Source: an uncultured Acidobacteriaceae bacterium
GTDB lineage: Bacteria > Acidobacteriota > Terriglobia > Terriglobales > Acidobacteriaceae
Direction: 5' to 3'
Length of the DNA: 64,000 nucleotides
Assembly (NCBI GenBank): GCA_963698845.1
Contig: CAVOSH010000006.1
Coordinates: 37,242-101,241, forward strand
The translations under genes were made by a program, and so were the position numbers. Positions 7,861 through 18,605 of the stretch are shown piece after piece. The notes beneath the pieces are model-generated. The model was not told the DNA's origin and ran no database searches. It saw only the letters and a list, made by a program, of their open reading frames with translations. Position 1 is the first letter of the stretch. Each line of letters begins with the position of its first letter.

Positions 7861-8607
7861 ATGAAATACATCTGTTTCGGATACTACGACAAAGACAAAT
7901 TCGACGGCATGCCCGAGGCCGAGCGAAACGCCATGTTCGACACATGCTTTGAATATGACGACCATCTTCGCGCCAACGGACATTGGGCTGGTGGAGAAGC
8001 GCTTCAGCCTGCGGAAACCGCCTTGACCCTGTCCTGGAAGAACGGCAAAGTCGCGACTACGGACGGTCCCTATACGGAAACCAAGGAACAACTCGGCGGC
8101 ATCCTCGTCCTTGAGGCGCGGGACATGAATCATGCGGTACAGCTGATGTCGCAGCATCCGGCGATGAAGTACGGCAACACGTTCGAGATCCGGCCGGTAG
8201 GGGACATGAGCGAAATCATGAAGGCAAGCGAGCAGCGGCGGCAAGAGCGCGAACACGGTGACGCGACTGAACGCGTTGCGTGCCGTGGCGGGCTGAAAAG
8301 CCAGAGTCCCTCGGCGGGATCCAAAGACAAATTGACTCGGGACGACGAGCCTGAGAGGCCTCGCTCTACCCGAGCTGAGCGGCCTATCGAAGCCCCGAGG
8401 CATGCGACGTCGACGCGGAGAACGCACCATGACAGTCAGAGCGGATTTAATTCTTCAGGACCTGAAGGTCGCGCTGCGGTCGCTGTGGCGCAGCAAAGGC
8501 CTGTCGATCACGGTGATCGTGACGTTGGCGCTGGGCATTGGCGCCAATGCCGCCATCTTCAGCCTGGTGCGCGGCGTTCTGCTGCGGCCGCTGGTCAACC
8601 GCGGTGA
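7861..8607 (+). CDS. YCII-related / DGPF domain protein; C-terminal boundary doubtful
   Basis: The first ~120 aa are typical (..VATTDGPYTETKEQLGGILVLEARDMNHAVQLM..). The remaining ~125 aa are Arg/Ser/Asp-rich and overlap the ADOP gene start by 180 nt. Confidence 0.7.
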   Translation: MKYICFGYYDKDKFDGMPEAERNAMFDTCFEYDDHLRANGHWAGGEALQPAETALTLSWKNGKVATTDGPYTETKEQLGGILVLEARDMNHAVQLMSQHPAMKYGNTFEIRPVGDMSEIMKASEQRRQEREHGDATERVACRGGLKSQSPSAGSKDKLTRDDEPERPRSTRAERPIEAPRHATSTRRTHHDSQSGFNSSGPEGRAAVAVAQQRPVDHGDRDVGAGHWRQCRHLQPGARRSAAAAGQPR

Positions 8608-10929
8608 GGACCGGCTGATCTACATTCGGCAGAGCGCGCCGGGATACGGGCGAGGAAGAGGTGGCCTTTTCCGTGCCGGAGGTCCAGGACCTGAAAGGGA
8701 GCGTGAAGTCGGTCGGCTCGTTTGGCGAGTTCTCCACGATCGGCTTCACCATGATAGGGCTGGGCGAGCCTCGCGAGGTGCGCGCCGGAGTAGTCGACGG
8801 ATCCTATTTCGAGGTTATGGGACTGCGCCCGGTGCTGGGCAGGCTGCTCGATCAGCACGACGATGGTCCCAATGCCGCCGGCGCCTGCGTGCTGACCTAT
8901 CGTTTCTGGAAGGACTCGCTGAAGGGCGATCCGACGGTGATCGGCAAAACCATACGGCTTGATCCGCGTTCGGCCACCATCGTCGGCGTGCTGGAGCCGT
9001 CGGTGCAGTATCCGTCGCAGACCGAGATCCTGGTCAATGTGGTGACCAGTCCGCATCATCTTTCGGCCACCATGGTCACGGGGCGCGTGCACCGCATGAC
9101 CGAGTTGTTCGGCCGCCTGGCGCCCGACGCCACGCTCGACCAGGCCCGCGCCGAGCTGCGCACGGATTATGCGGCGATGGTGCGCGCGCATCCCGAAGCT
9201 TACCCGGCGAGCGCACACTACCAGATCGATGCCGTGATGCTGCGCGACCAGATCACGTCAGGCGCAAAGACGATTCTCTGGGTACTGCTGGCGGCATCAG
9301 GTCTCATCTTTATCATTGCGTGTTCGAATGTCGCCAATCTGATTCTGGCACGCTCGGTGCGCCGCGAGGGCGAGCTGGCGATTCGCGCCGCGCTGGGGGC
9401 GACCACCGCCGCGTTGCGGCGAACGCTGCTGGCGGAAAGCCTGCTGCTGTCGGTGGCGGGAGCGGTGCTGGGCGTTCTCAGCGCGCAGCCGATGGTGGCC
9501 GTTCTGGCGCGCTATGCCTCGCGCTTTTCCGTCCGCGCCCTCGATTTGAAGGTTGATATGACCGTGCTGTGGGTGGGAGCGGCGCTGGCCGTCATCTCCG
9601 CGGTACTGCTGGCGTTTGTGCCGCGCCTTCCCTCGGTGGAGTCGTCGGGAGGAATCGGGCTGGCCAGCAGCAGTACAGCGTCCGCATCAGCAGCGGCACC
9701 AGCCGCCGGCTACGGATCTTTGCCGTTACCCAGATTGCGGCTTCCTTCATGTTGCTGGCCGGCGCCAGCGTTCTCATCAAGACCTTGATTACGCTTCAGG
9801 AAACGCGGACCGGCTTCGACATGCATCGTGTCCTGGCGGTGAACGTGCCGGTCATGTCGTACGGAAAAACTTCCGACGACATCATCAATTTCTATCGCGA
9901 GGTGATTCGAGCGCATCAGCGAATTGCCAGGGGTGGATCGCGTCGCATTAGGTACGAACGTTCCCTGGCGCGACGCCGGCAACTTCGGTCCCGGCTTCCA
10001 ATTCACCGGCGAGGGCCACGTAAAAGGCAATCACGAAGAAGACCCGTTGGCGCAGCTTCGCGTGGTGTCGCCGGGATTCTTCGCGTCGCTGGGAGTGCCG
10101 CTCATCGCCGGCCGCGACTTCAACGACAACGACCGGCGCGGCGGTGAGCCGGTCGTCATCCTCAGCCAGAGCGCGGCGCAGCGCATGTTCCCCGGTCAGG
10201 ATCCTATCAACCGCCACATCATGTGGACCGACCCGGTAATGCAGTTCGTCTACATCAGTCACCGGACCGCGCCGCGTCGTGGGTGTTGTCGCCGATGTGG
10301 ACGACGAGCATATCGAGCCGGAGCCGACGCTCACGATCTATCATCCCTTTGGGCAAGTTCCCGACGATACCAGCAAGGAGCTGCCGCTGTTCGGCGGCCG
10401 GCTGTTCGTCCATACCCGCTCCGATCCTCATGCCTTGATCATCCCGCTGACGCGCATCATCCGCGGCCTGTCTTCGGAACAGCCGGTGGAGCACGCTGCC
10501 ACGCTGGAAGACATTCGCGCCGAAGTGCTGACGCCGGACCGGCTGAATACGCTGGTCTTCAGTGGCCTGGCGGGGCTGGCGCTGGCGATTGCCGTGGTCG
10601 GCGTCGCCGGCGTGCTGGCATTCTCGGTCAGCGGACGCACGCGCGAGTTCGGTATCCGGCTGGCGGTGGGAGCGCAGCCCCGACACTTGCTGATGGGCGT
10701 AATCACCGAAGGTGCGGTGATGGCTGTGTCCGGCATTGTGGCAGGCGCAATCCTCGGTTACGGGTTAGCGCGCGTGGCCAGCAGTTATTTCCCATCGCTG
10801 CAGATGCCGAGCGCGTGGCCGGTGATTGCTTCGGTCATCGTGCTATTGGTCGCCGCAATTATCGCGTCCATGTTTCCTGCAGCACGAGCTGCACACGTGG
10901 ACGTGACCGAAGCCCTGCGTGCTGAGTAG
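8429..10929 (+). pseudogene. ADOP-family (acidobacterial duplicated orphan permease, MacB/FtsX-like) permease with four frame breaks
   Basis: MTVRADLILQDLKVALRSLWRSKGLSITVIVTLALGIGANAAIFS... continues through four other ORF-track frames to a C-terminal FtsX domain. Breaks near 8641, 9680, 9915 and 10265. The spliced length of ~833 aa fits the family. Confidence 0.8.
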
Positions 10930-13716
10930 AGAGCCTCGCGGTTGGTATCGTGCCAATAGACGTTTTGCCGCTACTTCGGAGGTTCCCCGAAGGCTCGTAG
11001 TTGAGGTTCTGCCCCAGCCAGCGCTCGACCTCGGCAACACGCATGGCTTTGCGCTTGGCATAGTCAGCCACCTGATCGCGGTCGATTTTGCCGAGGCTGA
11101 AGTAGCGTGACTGCGGATGGGCGAAATAAAGCCCACTCACGCTCGATCCGGGCCACATCGCAAATGATTCCGTAATCCGCATTCCGGTATTGGCCTGTAC
11201 ATCGAGCAGACGCCACAGAGGGCCCTTCTCGGTGTGGTCCGGGCATGCCGGATAACCCGCAGCAGGCCGGATGCCGCGATACTTCTCCTGAATCAGATCG
11301 GCGTTGCTCAGGTTCTCGTCGCGAGCCGTAGCCCCATTCATCGCGCACCCGCTTGTGCAGGCACTCCGCGAAAGCTTCGGCCAAACGATCGGCAAGAGCT
11401 TCCGCCATGATGGCGTTGTAGTCGTCGTTCTCCGCCCGGAAGCGGTCGCACAGTTCCTTCAGGCCGATACCACTGGTCACGGCAAACGCGCCGATGTGGT
11501 CCGAAAGTCCTGTCTCTCTCGGCGCGATGAAGTCAGAGAGCGAGCGGCAGGGCTCGTTGCCGTCCCGGTCCGATTGCTGGCGAAGGAAATGGAATCTCTC
11601 CAGAACATTTTCGCGTGTGGCGTCCGAATACAGCTCGACATCGTCGCCAACCGCGCTGGCAGGAAAGAAGCCATACACGCCCTGCGCGGTGATCAGGTTC
11701 TTCTTAATGATCGTATCCAGCAGCGCATTCGCTTCGGCGAAAATCTGACGCGCCTGCGCACCCTGCTCCTCGTGATCGAGAATGCGTGGATACACGCCCT
11801 TCAGTCCCCAGGTATGGAAGAACGGCGTCCAGTCAATGAAGTCACGCAGTGTTGCCAGCGGAAAGTTCTTCAGCACGCGCACGCCGGTAAATCGCGGGCA
11901 CGGGCAAATCCTCGGCACGCCATTCGATCGGAGTGCGGCGTGCGCGCGCCGTTTCGAGCGAAACGACCTGCAGACGCGGTGCGGCGTGCGCTTTCCGCAG
12001 CGCGTCGTAATCAGCACGATGCTGCGCTACGAACGCCGGCTTACCTTCGTCACTCAGCAGGCTGGTCGTGACCGGCACCGCGCGGCTGGCGTCGAGCACG
12101 TGGACCACGGGCTCGCTGTAGTGCGGAGCAATTTTAATCGCCGTATGCCGACGGCTGGTGGTAGCGCCTCCGATCAGCAGCGGCAGTTTGAAACCCTGGC
12201 GCTCCATCTCGCGCGCCACGTGAACCATTTCGTCGAGCGAAGGCGTAATCAGACCGCTCAGCCCGATCAGGTCCGCCTTCTCTTCCTTGGCGCGCTCCAG
12301 GATCTTTTCGCAGGGAACCATCACTCCAAGGTCGATGACCTCGTAGTTGTTGCACGCCAGCACGACTCCGACAATGTTTTTGCCGATATCGTGAACGTCG
12401 CCCTTCACCGTGGCCAGCACGATCTTTCCCTGCGCCTTCACTTCCTGGCCCGCCGCAACCATCGCCGCCTTTTCGGCTTCCATGAACGGCGTCAGGTGAG
12501 CGACCGCCTTCTTCATCACTCGTGCGGACTTCACCACTTGCGGCAGGAACATTTTGCCGGATCCAAATAAATCGCCGACCACGCCCATGCCGTCCATGAG
12601 CGGACCTTCGATCACCAGCAAAGGACGGCCAAACTTCAGGCGCGCTTCCTCCGTATCGGCCTCGATGTAGGCATCAATTCCTTTCACCAGCGCGTGCGAG
12701 AGACGCTCTTCGACGGTGCCACTGCGCCATTCCTCGGCCTTCTTTTCCGTGACCGCCGCGCTCACCCCTTTGAGCGTTTCGCCATAATCGACAAGCCGTT
12801 CGGTCGCATCGGGCCGACGGTTTAGGAGCACATCCTCAACCAATACTTTCAGTTCTGGATCGATCTCCTCGTACACTTCGAGCATCCCGGCATTCACGAT
12901 GCCCATGTCCATACCCGCCGCGATGGCGTGATACAGAAACGCGGAGTGCATGGCTTCGCGAACCTTGTTATTACCGCGAAAGCTGAACGAAATGTTCGAC
13001 ACGCCGCCGCTCACCTTGGCATGCGGCAGGTTGGCTTTGACCCACCGCGTGGCATTGATGAAGTCAACCGCGTAATTGTTATGCTCCTCCATGCCGGTGG
13101 CCACGGTGAGGATGTTGGGATCGAAGATGACGTCTTCGGGCGCGAAACCCACCTCGTCAACGAGTATGCGATAGGCGCGTTCGCAGATGCGGATCTTGTC
13201 TTCGTAGGTTGCGGCTTGGCCCTTCTCGTCGAAAGCCATGACGATCGCCGCGGCGCCATACTTCAAAACAGTTGCGGCGTTGTGACGAAACTTCTCTTCG
13301 CCTTCTTTCAGTGAAATCGAGTTGACGATGCCTTTGCCTTGCAGGCATTTCAGGCCCGCTTCGATGACCTCCCATTTCGAGGAGTCGATCATGAACGGAA
13401 CTTTGGCGACCTCAGGCTCGCTGGCCAGCAGCAGCAGATAGCGGGTCATCGCGGTGACGCCGTCGATCATGCCCTCATCCATGCAGATGTCGAGGACATT
13501 CGCGCCGTTTTCCACCTGCTGCCGGGCAATGCTGACGGCTTCTTCGTACTTGCCTTCCTTGATCAGCTTCGCGAACTTCGGCGACCCGGCCACGTTCGTC
13601 CGCTCGCCGATCACCATGTAGACGCCAGCCTGCTGAGTAAACGGCTGCGACCCCGACAGGCGGAGCGGCTTGGGCTCCACGGCGCTGGCAGTGTTTACGC
13701 TCTCGGAGACGCTCAC
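10859..13716 (-). pseudogene. metH: Methionine synthase MetH: pterin-binding, B12-binding and AdoMet-activation domains; two frame breaks in the 3' third
   Basis: Strong collinearity with E. coli MetH ([12 protein letters not shown].., [44 protein letters not shown]). Breaks near 11895 and 11326; at 11326, removing one G of a GG run restores [13 protein letters not shown]. Confidence 0.85.
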
Positions 13717-14840
13717 GCTCTTCCCTCGCTGCGGCCGTAATTTTCTAAGGCAAGCTCAGGCTCCCATTTTCTCGGAGGCTGACCTTCCAGCGCCTTGGCG
13801 ATGGCGGCGATGTGCTCCGGCGTGTTGCCGCAGCAGCCGCCGGCAATGTTGATCAGTCCGGCTCGCGCGAAATCGCCCAGGTAGCGCGCCATATCTTGTG
13901 GACCGAAATCGAATCCCGTTTCCGCCAGCGGGTTCGGCAGACCGGCATTGGGATAGCAGGAAATCGGCACGTCCGCTTTTTCGGCAAGCTCTTCCAGAAA
14001 CGGATACATCAGGTCAGGGCCGATCGAACAGTTGAGGCCCACCGACAACGGCTTCACATGCCGAACGGCGTTCCAGAACGCTTCGGTGGTCTGCGCGGAA
14101 ATCATCGTCTCACCGCCCCGCCCTACCGCCGCCGAGATCATCACCGGCAACTGTTTGTCGTCTTCGTCAAACACCTCGCGAATGCCAACCAGCGCCGCCT
14201 TGGCATTTAGCGAATCGAAGATCGTCTCAACCAGCAGCAGGTCAACGCCACCAGCCATGAGTCCGCGTATCTGCTGCTTGTATGCAGTCTTCACCTGATC
14301 AAAGGTGACCACCCGAAAGCCGGGATCATCGGCATCAGGCGAGTTCGAGAGCGAAACCGTCAGCGGTCCAATTGCGCCGGCGACGAAACGCTGGCGCGAG
14401 GTCGCAGTGCCCACGCGGTCCGCCCACTCCCGGCACTGCTGAGCCGATTTCTCGTTGATCTCCCACGCCAGGTCTCCCAGGAAAGGATCGTCGACCACCT
14501 TCTGATAGAACTCGGGATCCTTCCGGCCACCACGCTCGCGCGGATCTTCAACGAAAAATTCACTCTGGGTAATGCTGGTCGCACCGAAGGTATTGGTCTC
14601 AATGATATCGGCGCCGGCCTCCAGAAAGCGGCGATGGATGTCACCGATCATCTTCGGCTGGGTGAGCGAGAACAGGTCGCCATTGTTCAGCAGACCTTTG
14701 GTCGCGTCCTTGAAGCGCTCTCCCCGGATGTCGGTTTCTTTCATGCCGTAGGTGCGGATGGTCGTACCCATCGCTCCATCGATGATGGCAATGCGTTCGG
14801 CGAGGATCTTCTCCAGAGGATGTTCGTGAGCTTTCATCAT
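13713..14840 (-). CDS. metH: MetH homocysteine-binding (S-methyltransferase) domain as a separate ORF
   Basis: 375 aa, ..[27 protein letters not shown]... Its TGA overlaps the GTG of the next ORF (GTGA at 13713-13716). In E. coli this is one polypeptide. Confidence 0.8.
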   Translation of the reverse strand: MMKAHEHPLEKILAERIAIIDGAMGTTIRTYGMKETDIRGERFKDATKGLLNNGDLFSLTQPKMIGDIHRRFLEAGADIIETNTFGATSITQSEFFVEDPRERGGRKDPEFYQKVVDDPFLGDLAWEINEKSAQQCREWADRVGTATSRQRFVAGAIGPLTVSLSNSPDADDPGFRVVTFDQVKTAYKQQIRGLMAGGVDLLLVETIFDSLNAKAALVGIREVFDEDDKQLPVMISAAVGRGGETMISAQTTEAFWNAVRHVKPLSVGLNCSIGPDLMYPFLEELAEKADVPISCYPNAGLPNPLAETGFDFGPQDMARYLGDFARAGLINIAGGCCGNTPEHIAAIAKALEGQPPRKWEPELALENYGRSEGRA

Positions 14841-14975
14841 CTATGTCCTTGTGGCCCTGTCTGCCGTAGTCGCGTCAAGTCAAAGGACAGCGCGTGACCG
14901 GGAAATGCCAACGCCTTTAGTGTGCATGAGCGCAAATTGGCTGGTGGTGCCTGATTTCCCTTTCTTTTGATTATA
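14841..14975 (-). promoter_or_regulatory. metH upstream region: TATAAT box and stem-closed leader
   Basis: On the minus strand, TATAAT at 14970-14975. The 7-bp stem GGGAAAT/ATTTCCC (14954-14960 / 14900-14906) encloses an inner GCCAA/TTGGC pair. No known riboswitch class was recognised. Confidence 0.3.
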
Positions 14976-15128
14976 ACGAGGCGGTAAACGTTCCAAACTC
15001 GTTACCCGGCGCGGCATGGCAATGTGATACGTTGGCAACGGCTTTAGGCAATCGTGTTACGGTGATAACGATCCAGTCTGTGCCCTGCAGCCGCAGTTCG
15101 CGAAGAAAGCAAGTAGCAACCCAAAAGC

Positions 15129-16163
15129 ATGGCAGCTCACAGCACTCGCAAGGCGCTTCGTTCCAGCCGGAGCAGTCACCGGCATTGGCAGCCTGCCTTT
15201 CAAGTCCGGACATCGGCCGTTGCAGCGGTAGCCGAAATGTCGGCACAGGATTCCCTTTCTGGCCGCAGTTGCCGCAACTCTCCGACTGCGAAAATATCAT
15301 CGGCCAGGGTTTAGGCGCCGTGGCGAATCTGATCGAGTCTCGCGAGGAAGGCTACGGTTACCAGGTCAAGGAGGGCGAGTTGGATTCGGTGCTCGAAATC
15401 TTTCACCGGAGTGATGGCGAGCTGACGCCGGCAGAACGCGGCGGGATTCGCGGCTTTCGAAGAAGCGCTCTCATCAGGTCTCTTCCGCGAGGCCGTCGCC
15501 GTTAAAGGGCAGATCGAGGGCCCGATTACGCTGTCGGCCTATCTTTTTCATCGAGGCCGGCCATTCCTGTCGGACCCTGCACTCTTTGCCGCCGTCGCAT
15601 TTCACATCTCGCAGATCGTCTGCTGGCAGATCGACCGGCTGAAGCGGGCTGGCCTGCCGGTATTGCTGTTCGTCGATGAGCCGGCGTTGTGCCTCGAAGC
15701 GCCGGCAGGAGGATTGTCGCGGAGGAAAAGAGGCTCGAGGCATTGGCGGTCACCCTTGAAGATGCGAGAGTTCGCGGGGCCTACGCGGGATTGCATTGTT
15801 GCGCGACGCGTCCGTTCGAACGAATGCGCCGCGCCCAGCCGGACATCTTCTCGTTCGATGCCGATGAGGGCTGGAGCAGTTTTTCGCCGATTCGCATGCG
15901 CTCGACTTCGTGCATCAAGGCGGAATGGTTGCGTACGGTATAGTTCCGACCCGGCCGGGCTTCAACGCCGTCGATTCCGCGAGCATCTTGTTCGCTGGCT
16001 GCAAGCGGCGTCCCAGGCCGGCGATCCGCAGGAGTTGGCTCAACGCGCTATGATCACGGCGACTTGCGGACTGGGACTGCTCGATCCGTCTTCCGTCGTC
16101 GAATCGTTCGGCGTCGCGCACAGCATCAGCAAACTGATTCGAGCCCTGGCCGGGGAACAGTAG
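15129..16163 (+). pseudogene. MetE-like (cobalamin-independent methionine synthase catalytic-domain family) gene, at least five frame breaks
   Basis: The pieces TGIGSLPF, FPFWPQLPQLS, KGQIEGPITL, LLFVDEPAL, GLHCCA, FSFDADEG and ITATCGLGLL appear in order but in alternating frames. Breaks near 15200, 15455, 15705, 15862 and 15985. The start is uncertain. Confidence 0.5.
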
Positions 16164-16217
16164 CATCGCAACACCGCGGCCGCAGCCGGTGCGATCAAAC
16201 AGGAGTAAAGTTCACTA

Positions 16218-16988
16218 ATGAATTTTCTTCTCGGTGCCCCATGGATTTTCTTCGTCTGCGTGGCAGCGGCACTCTTTGTGTCAACGCTAGTGGGGTTCAG
16301 GCTCGCGTCGGCCACGAGCGTAAACGAGGACGCCCATCGTCATGAGCACATCTCAGGACTGCGCGAAGGCCTGTTCGTCCTGCTGGGCCTGTTGCTGGGC
16401 TTTACGATCGCCATGGCGCTTCCCAGATTCGACCAGCGCAGAGACCTGGTCGCCGAAGAAGCGCATGCCATCGGCACAGTGTGGCTGCGAGCCCAGTTAC
16501 TGCCGGAGCCTGAACGCTCGAAGAGCGAGCAATTGTTGCGCGAATATGTCGGCGTGCGAAGATCTTTTGCCGGAGAGACGCTGGGAAACCCCGTGGAGTT
16601 GGACCGTACCATCCAGCAGACCAACGCTATTCAAGATGAGCTTTGGAAGCAGGCGCTGCAGGTCGCACAACAGAACCAGAGCGCCATCGTCACCTCCTAC
16701 GTGCAGGGTCTGAACGAGATGGTCGGCATCTCCGAGAAGCGCCTGGCGGCCTTCGAGAACCGCGTTCCCGAAGCTGTGTGGATCATTATCCTGGTGGTCG
16801 CCATCTTTCAGAGCTTCATCACGGGCTATAGTCTGAAGCGCAAAATCTGGCTGTCTCTTATTGTCACGCCGCTGGTGATGGCGCTGGTCATGGCCCTAAT
16901 TGTCGATCTGGACGATCCGCACACCGGCCTGATCCATATTCAGCAAAACAGCATGAATCGGCTAGCCAGTGAACTGAACGGGCAGTGA
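16218..16988 (+). CDS. DUF4239-like membrane protein (paralogue of 4737-5492)
   Basis: 256 aa with the same TM layout as the first copy. Confidence 0.65.
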   Translation: MNFLLGAPWIFFVCVAAALFVSTLVGFRLASATSVNEDAHRHEHISGLREGLFVLLGLLLGFTIAMALPRFDQRRDLVAEEAHAIGTVWLRAQLLPEPERSKSEQLLREYVGVRRSFAGETLGNPVELDRTIQQTNAIQDELWKQALQVAQQNQSAIVTSYVQGLNEMVGISEKRLAAFENRVPEAVWIIILVVAIFQSFITGYSLKRKIWLSLIVTPLVMALVMALIVDLDDPHTGLIHIQQNSMNRLASELNGQ

Positions 16989-17065
16989 GCGTTTGCAATT
17001 TGACCCGGAGATAACACTTAGCAACTCCCTCTTTTAGAGATACGATTTCTCAACGAGGAACCACG

Positions 17066-18565
17066 ATGGCTGGAGCGGCAATCTCGATAAACAGATTGAG
17101 TCTCGCTCTACTCGTGGCGTCGCTCCCATCGATGCTATTCGGCCAGGCTGCTCCCATGTCAAGCCCACCCGCACAGACTCTCGCGGCCAGCCCCGCGCTG
17201 CAATCCGCAGGAGCGGAAGCACAACTTCCAGTCAACTTCGAGCGCCACACCGGCGACCTCGACGAGATGGTGAAGCGCGGCAGCATCCGCGCCCTTGTAC
17301 TTTACAGCCGCACCGGATTTTTTTACGTCAACGGGCGACCTGCCGGTATCAATTACGAGGCCCTGAGCGCCTTCCAGCAGTTCGTGAACCGAAGGCTTCG
17401 CGGCAGACAACACATCGAGGTCACGTTCATCCCGATGCGCCCGGACCAGATTCAGGCAGCGCTGACACAAGGAGTGGGCGATGTCATTGCCTACGGCCTG
17501 GTGGAGACTCCCGAGCGCGCACAGGAAGTTTCCTTCTCGATTCCGATCCAAACTGATGTGAAGCAGGTCGTGGTAGGCGGCAAGAATTTCGGCACCATCT
17601 CGAGCGTGGACGATCTGAGTGGAAAGAAGATCTTTGTAAATCCTCTCGCGTCCTACTCTCAGAACCTGGAGAAGGTCAATGCAACCCTGCGCAGTCAGGG
17701 CAAGCCGCCCATCCTGATCGAAGCAGCCGACAAAAACCTGATGGACGAAGACCTGATGGAGATGGTTAACGCGGGCTTGCTGCCCGCCACGGTCACGCTA
17801 GCGGAGCGTGCCGATCTGTGGTCTCAGGTCTTGCCCAGTATCACTCCGTATCCGAAGGTCGCCATCGGCAGCGAAGGGAACCTGGCATGGGCGATGCGCA
17901 AGAACAATCCGCAATTAACCCAACTGGTAGACGACTTCGCCAAAACCCACGCCGCCGGAACATCCTTCGGCAACACTTTGCTTCGCGAGTACCTTCAGCA
18001 AGGCACAGCGCTGAGGGATGCGACCTCGGAATCCGAGATCAAAAAGTTCAAGGAGCTGGTGGCATACTTCAAGAAGTATGCGTCCCAGTACAACTTCGAT
18101 TACCTGATGATCGTAGCGCAAGGCTACCAGGAATCGATGCTGGAGCAGTCGGCCAGAAGCCCCGGAGGAGCGGTTGGCATCATGCAGGTCAAGCCCTCGA
18201 CCGCGGCGGCCGCGCCTATCAGCATTCCCGACATCATGACCGCCGAGAATAACATTCATGCCGGCGTCAAAATCCTGCGGGACATTGCGGACCAGTATTT
18301 CAATGATCCGGCGATCGATCCGACCGACCGCCTGCTGTTCACCTTCGCCGGATACAACGCCGGCCCCAATCGTATCGCTGACCTGCGCAGGAGAGCGGCC
18401 GTGCAAGGGCTGGACCCGAACAAGTGGTTTGGAAATGTCGAGTTGCTGGTTGACCAGACTGTAGGACCGGTGACCGTGCAATACGTCAGCAACATCTACA
18501 AGTACTACGTTGCTTATCGTCTGGTCGTGCAGGAGGAAGGCTCGCTGCAGGGATCGGTGAATTGA
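17066..18565 (+). CDS. MltF-like lytic transglycosylase (periplasmic solute-binding family 3 domain + SLT domain)
   Basis: 499 aa with a signal peptide. SLT catalytic block ...QGYQESMLEQSARSPGGAVGIMQVKPSTA... and ..AGYNAGPNR.. Confidence 0.85.
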   Translation: MAGAAISINRLSLALLVASLPSMLFGQAAPMSSPPAQTLAASPALQSAGAEAQLPVNFERHTGDLDEMVKRGSIRALVLYSRTGFFYVNGRPAGINYEALSAFQQFVNRRLRGRQHIEVTFIPMRPDQIQAALTQGVGDVIAYGLVETPERAQEVSFSIPIQTDVKQVVVGGKNFGTISSVDDLSGKKIFVNPLASYSQNLEKVNATLRSQGKPPILIEAADKNLMDEDLMEMVNAGLLPATVTLAERADLWSQVLPSITPYPKVAIGSEGNLAWAMRKNNPQLTQLVDDFAKTHAAGTSFGNTLLREYLQQGTALRDATSESEIKKFKELVAYFKKYASQYNFDYLMIVAQGYQESMLEQSARSPGGAVGIMQVKPSTAAAAPISIPDIMTAENNIHAGVKILRDIADQYFNDPAIDPTDRLLFTFAGYNAGPNRIADLRRRAAVQGLDPNKWFGNVELLVDQTVGPVTVQYVSNIYKYYVAYRLVVQEEGSLQGSVN

Positions 18566-18595
18566 GGAAGGACGTGAACACACGCACGTCCTTCC
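18566..18595. terminator. Perfect 11-bp hairpin between convergent genes
   Basis: GGAAGGACGTG-aacacacg-CACGTCCTTCC starts directly after the 18565 stop. No U-tract follows. Confidence 0.45.
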
Positions 18596-18605
18596 CCGCT
18601 GAACC

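Noticed and set aside
14841-15200. Cobalamin, SAM or SAH riboswitch in the metH / MetE-like divergent region
   Set aside because: Only loose resemblances are present (AGGCAA..GGTGATAACGATCC..GCCCTGCAGC on the plus strand; AGGGAAATCAGG on the minus strand). I could not find a B12 box (GCCACTG / AGCCAGGAGACCTGCC-like) or the SAH/SAM cores in the right order. Left as an unclassified leader pending cmscan.
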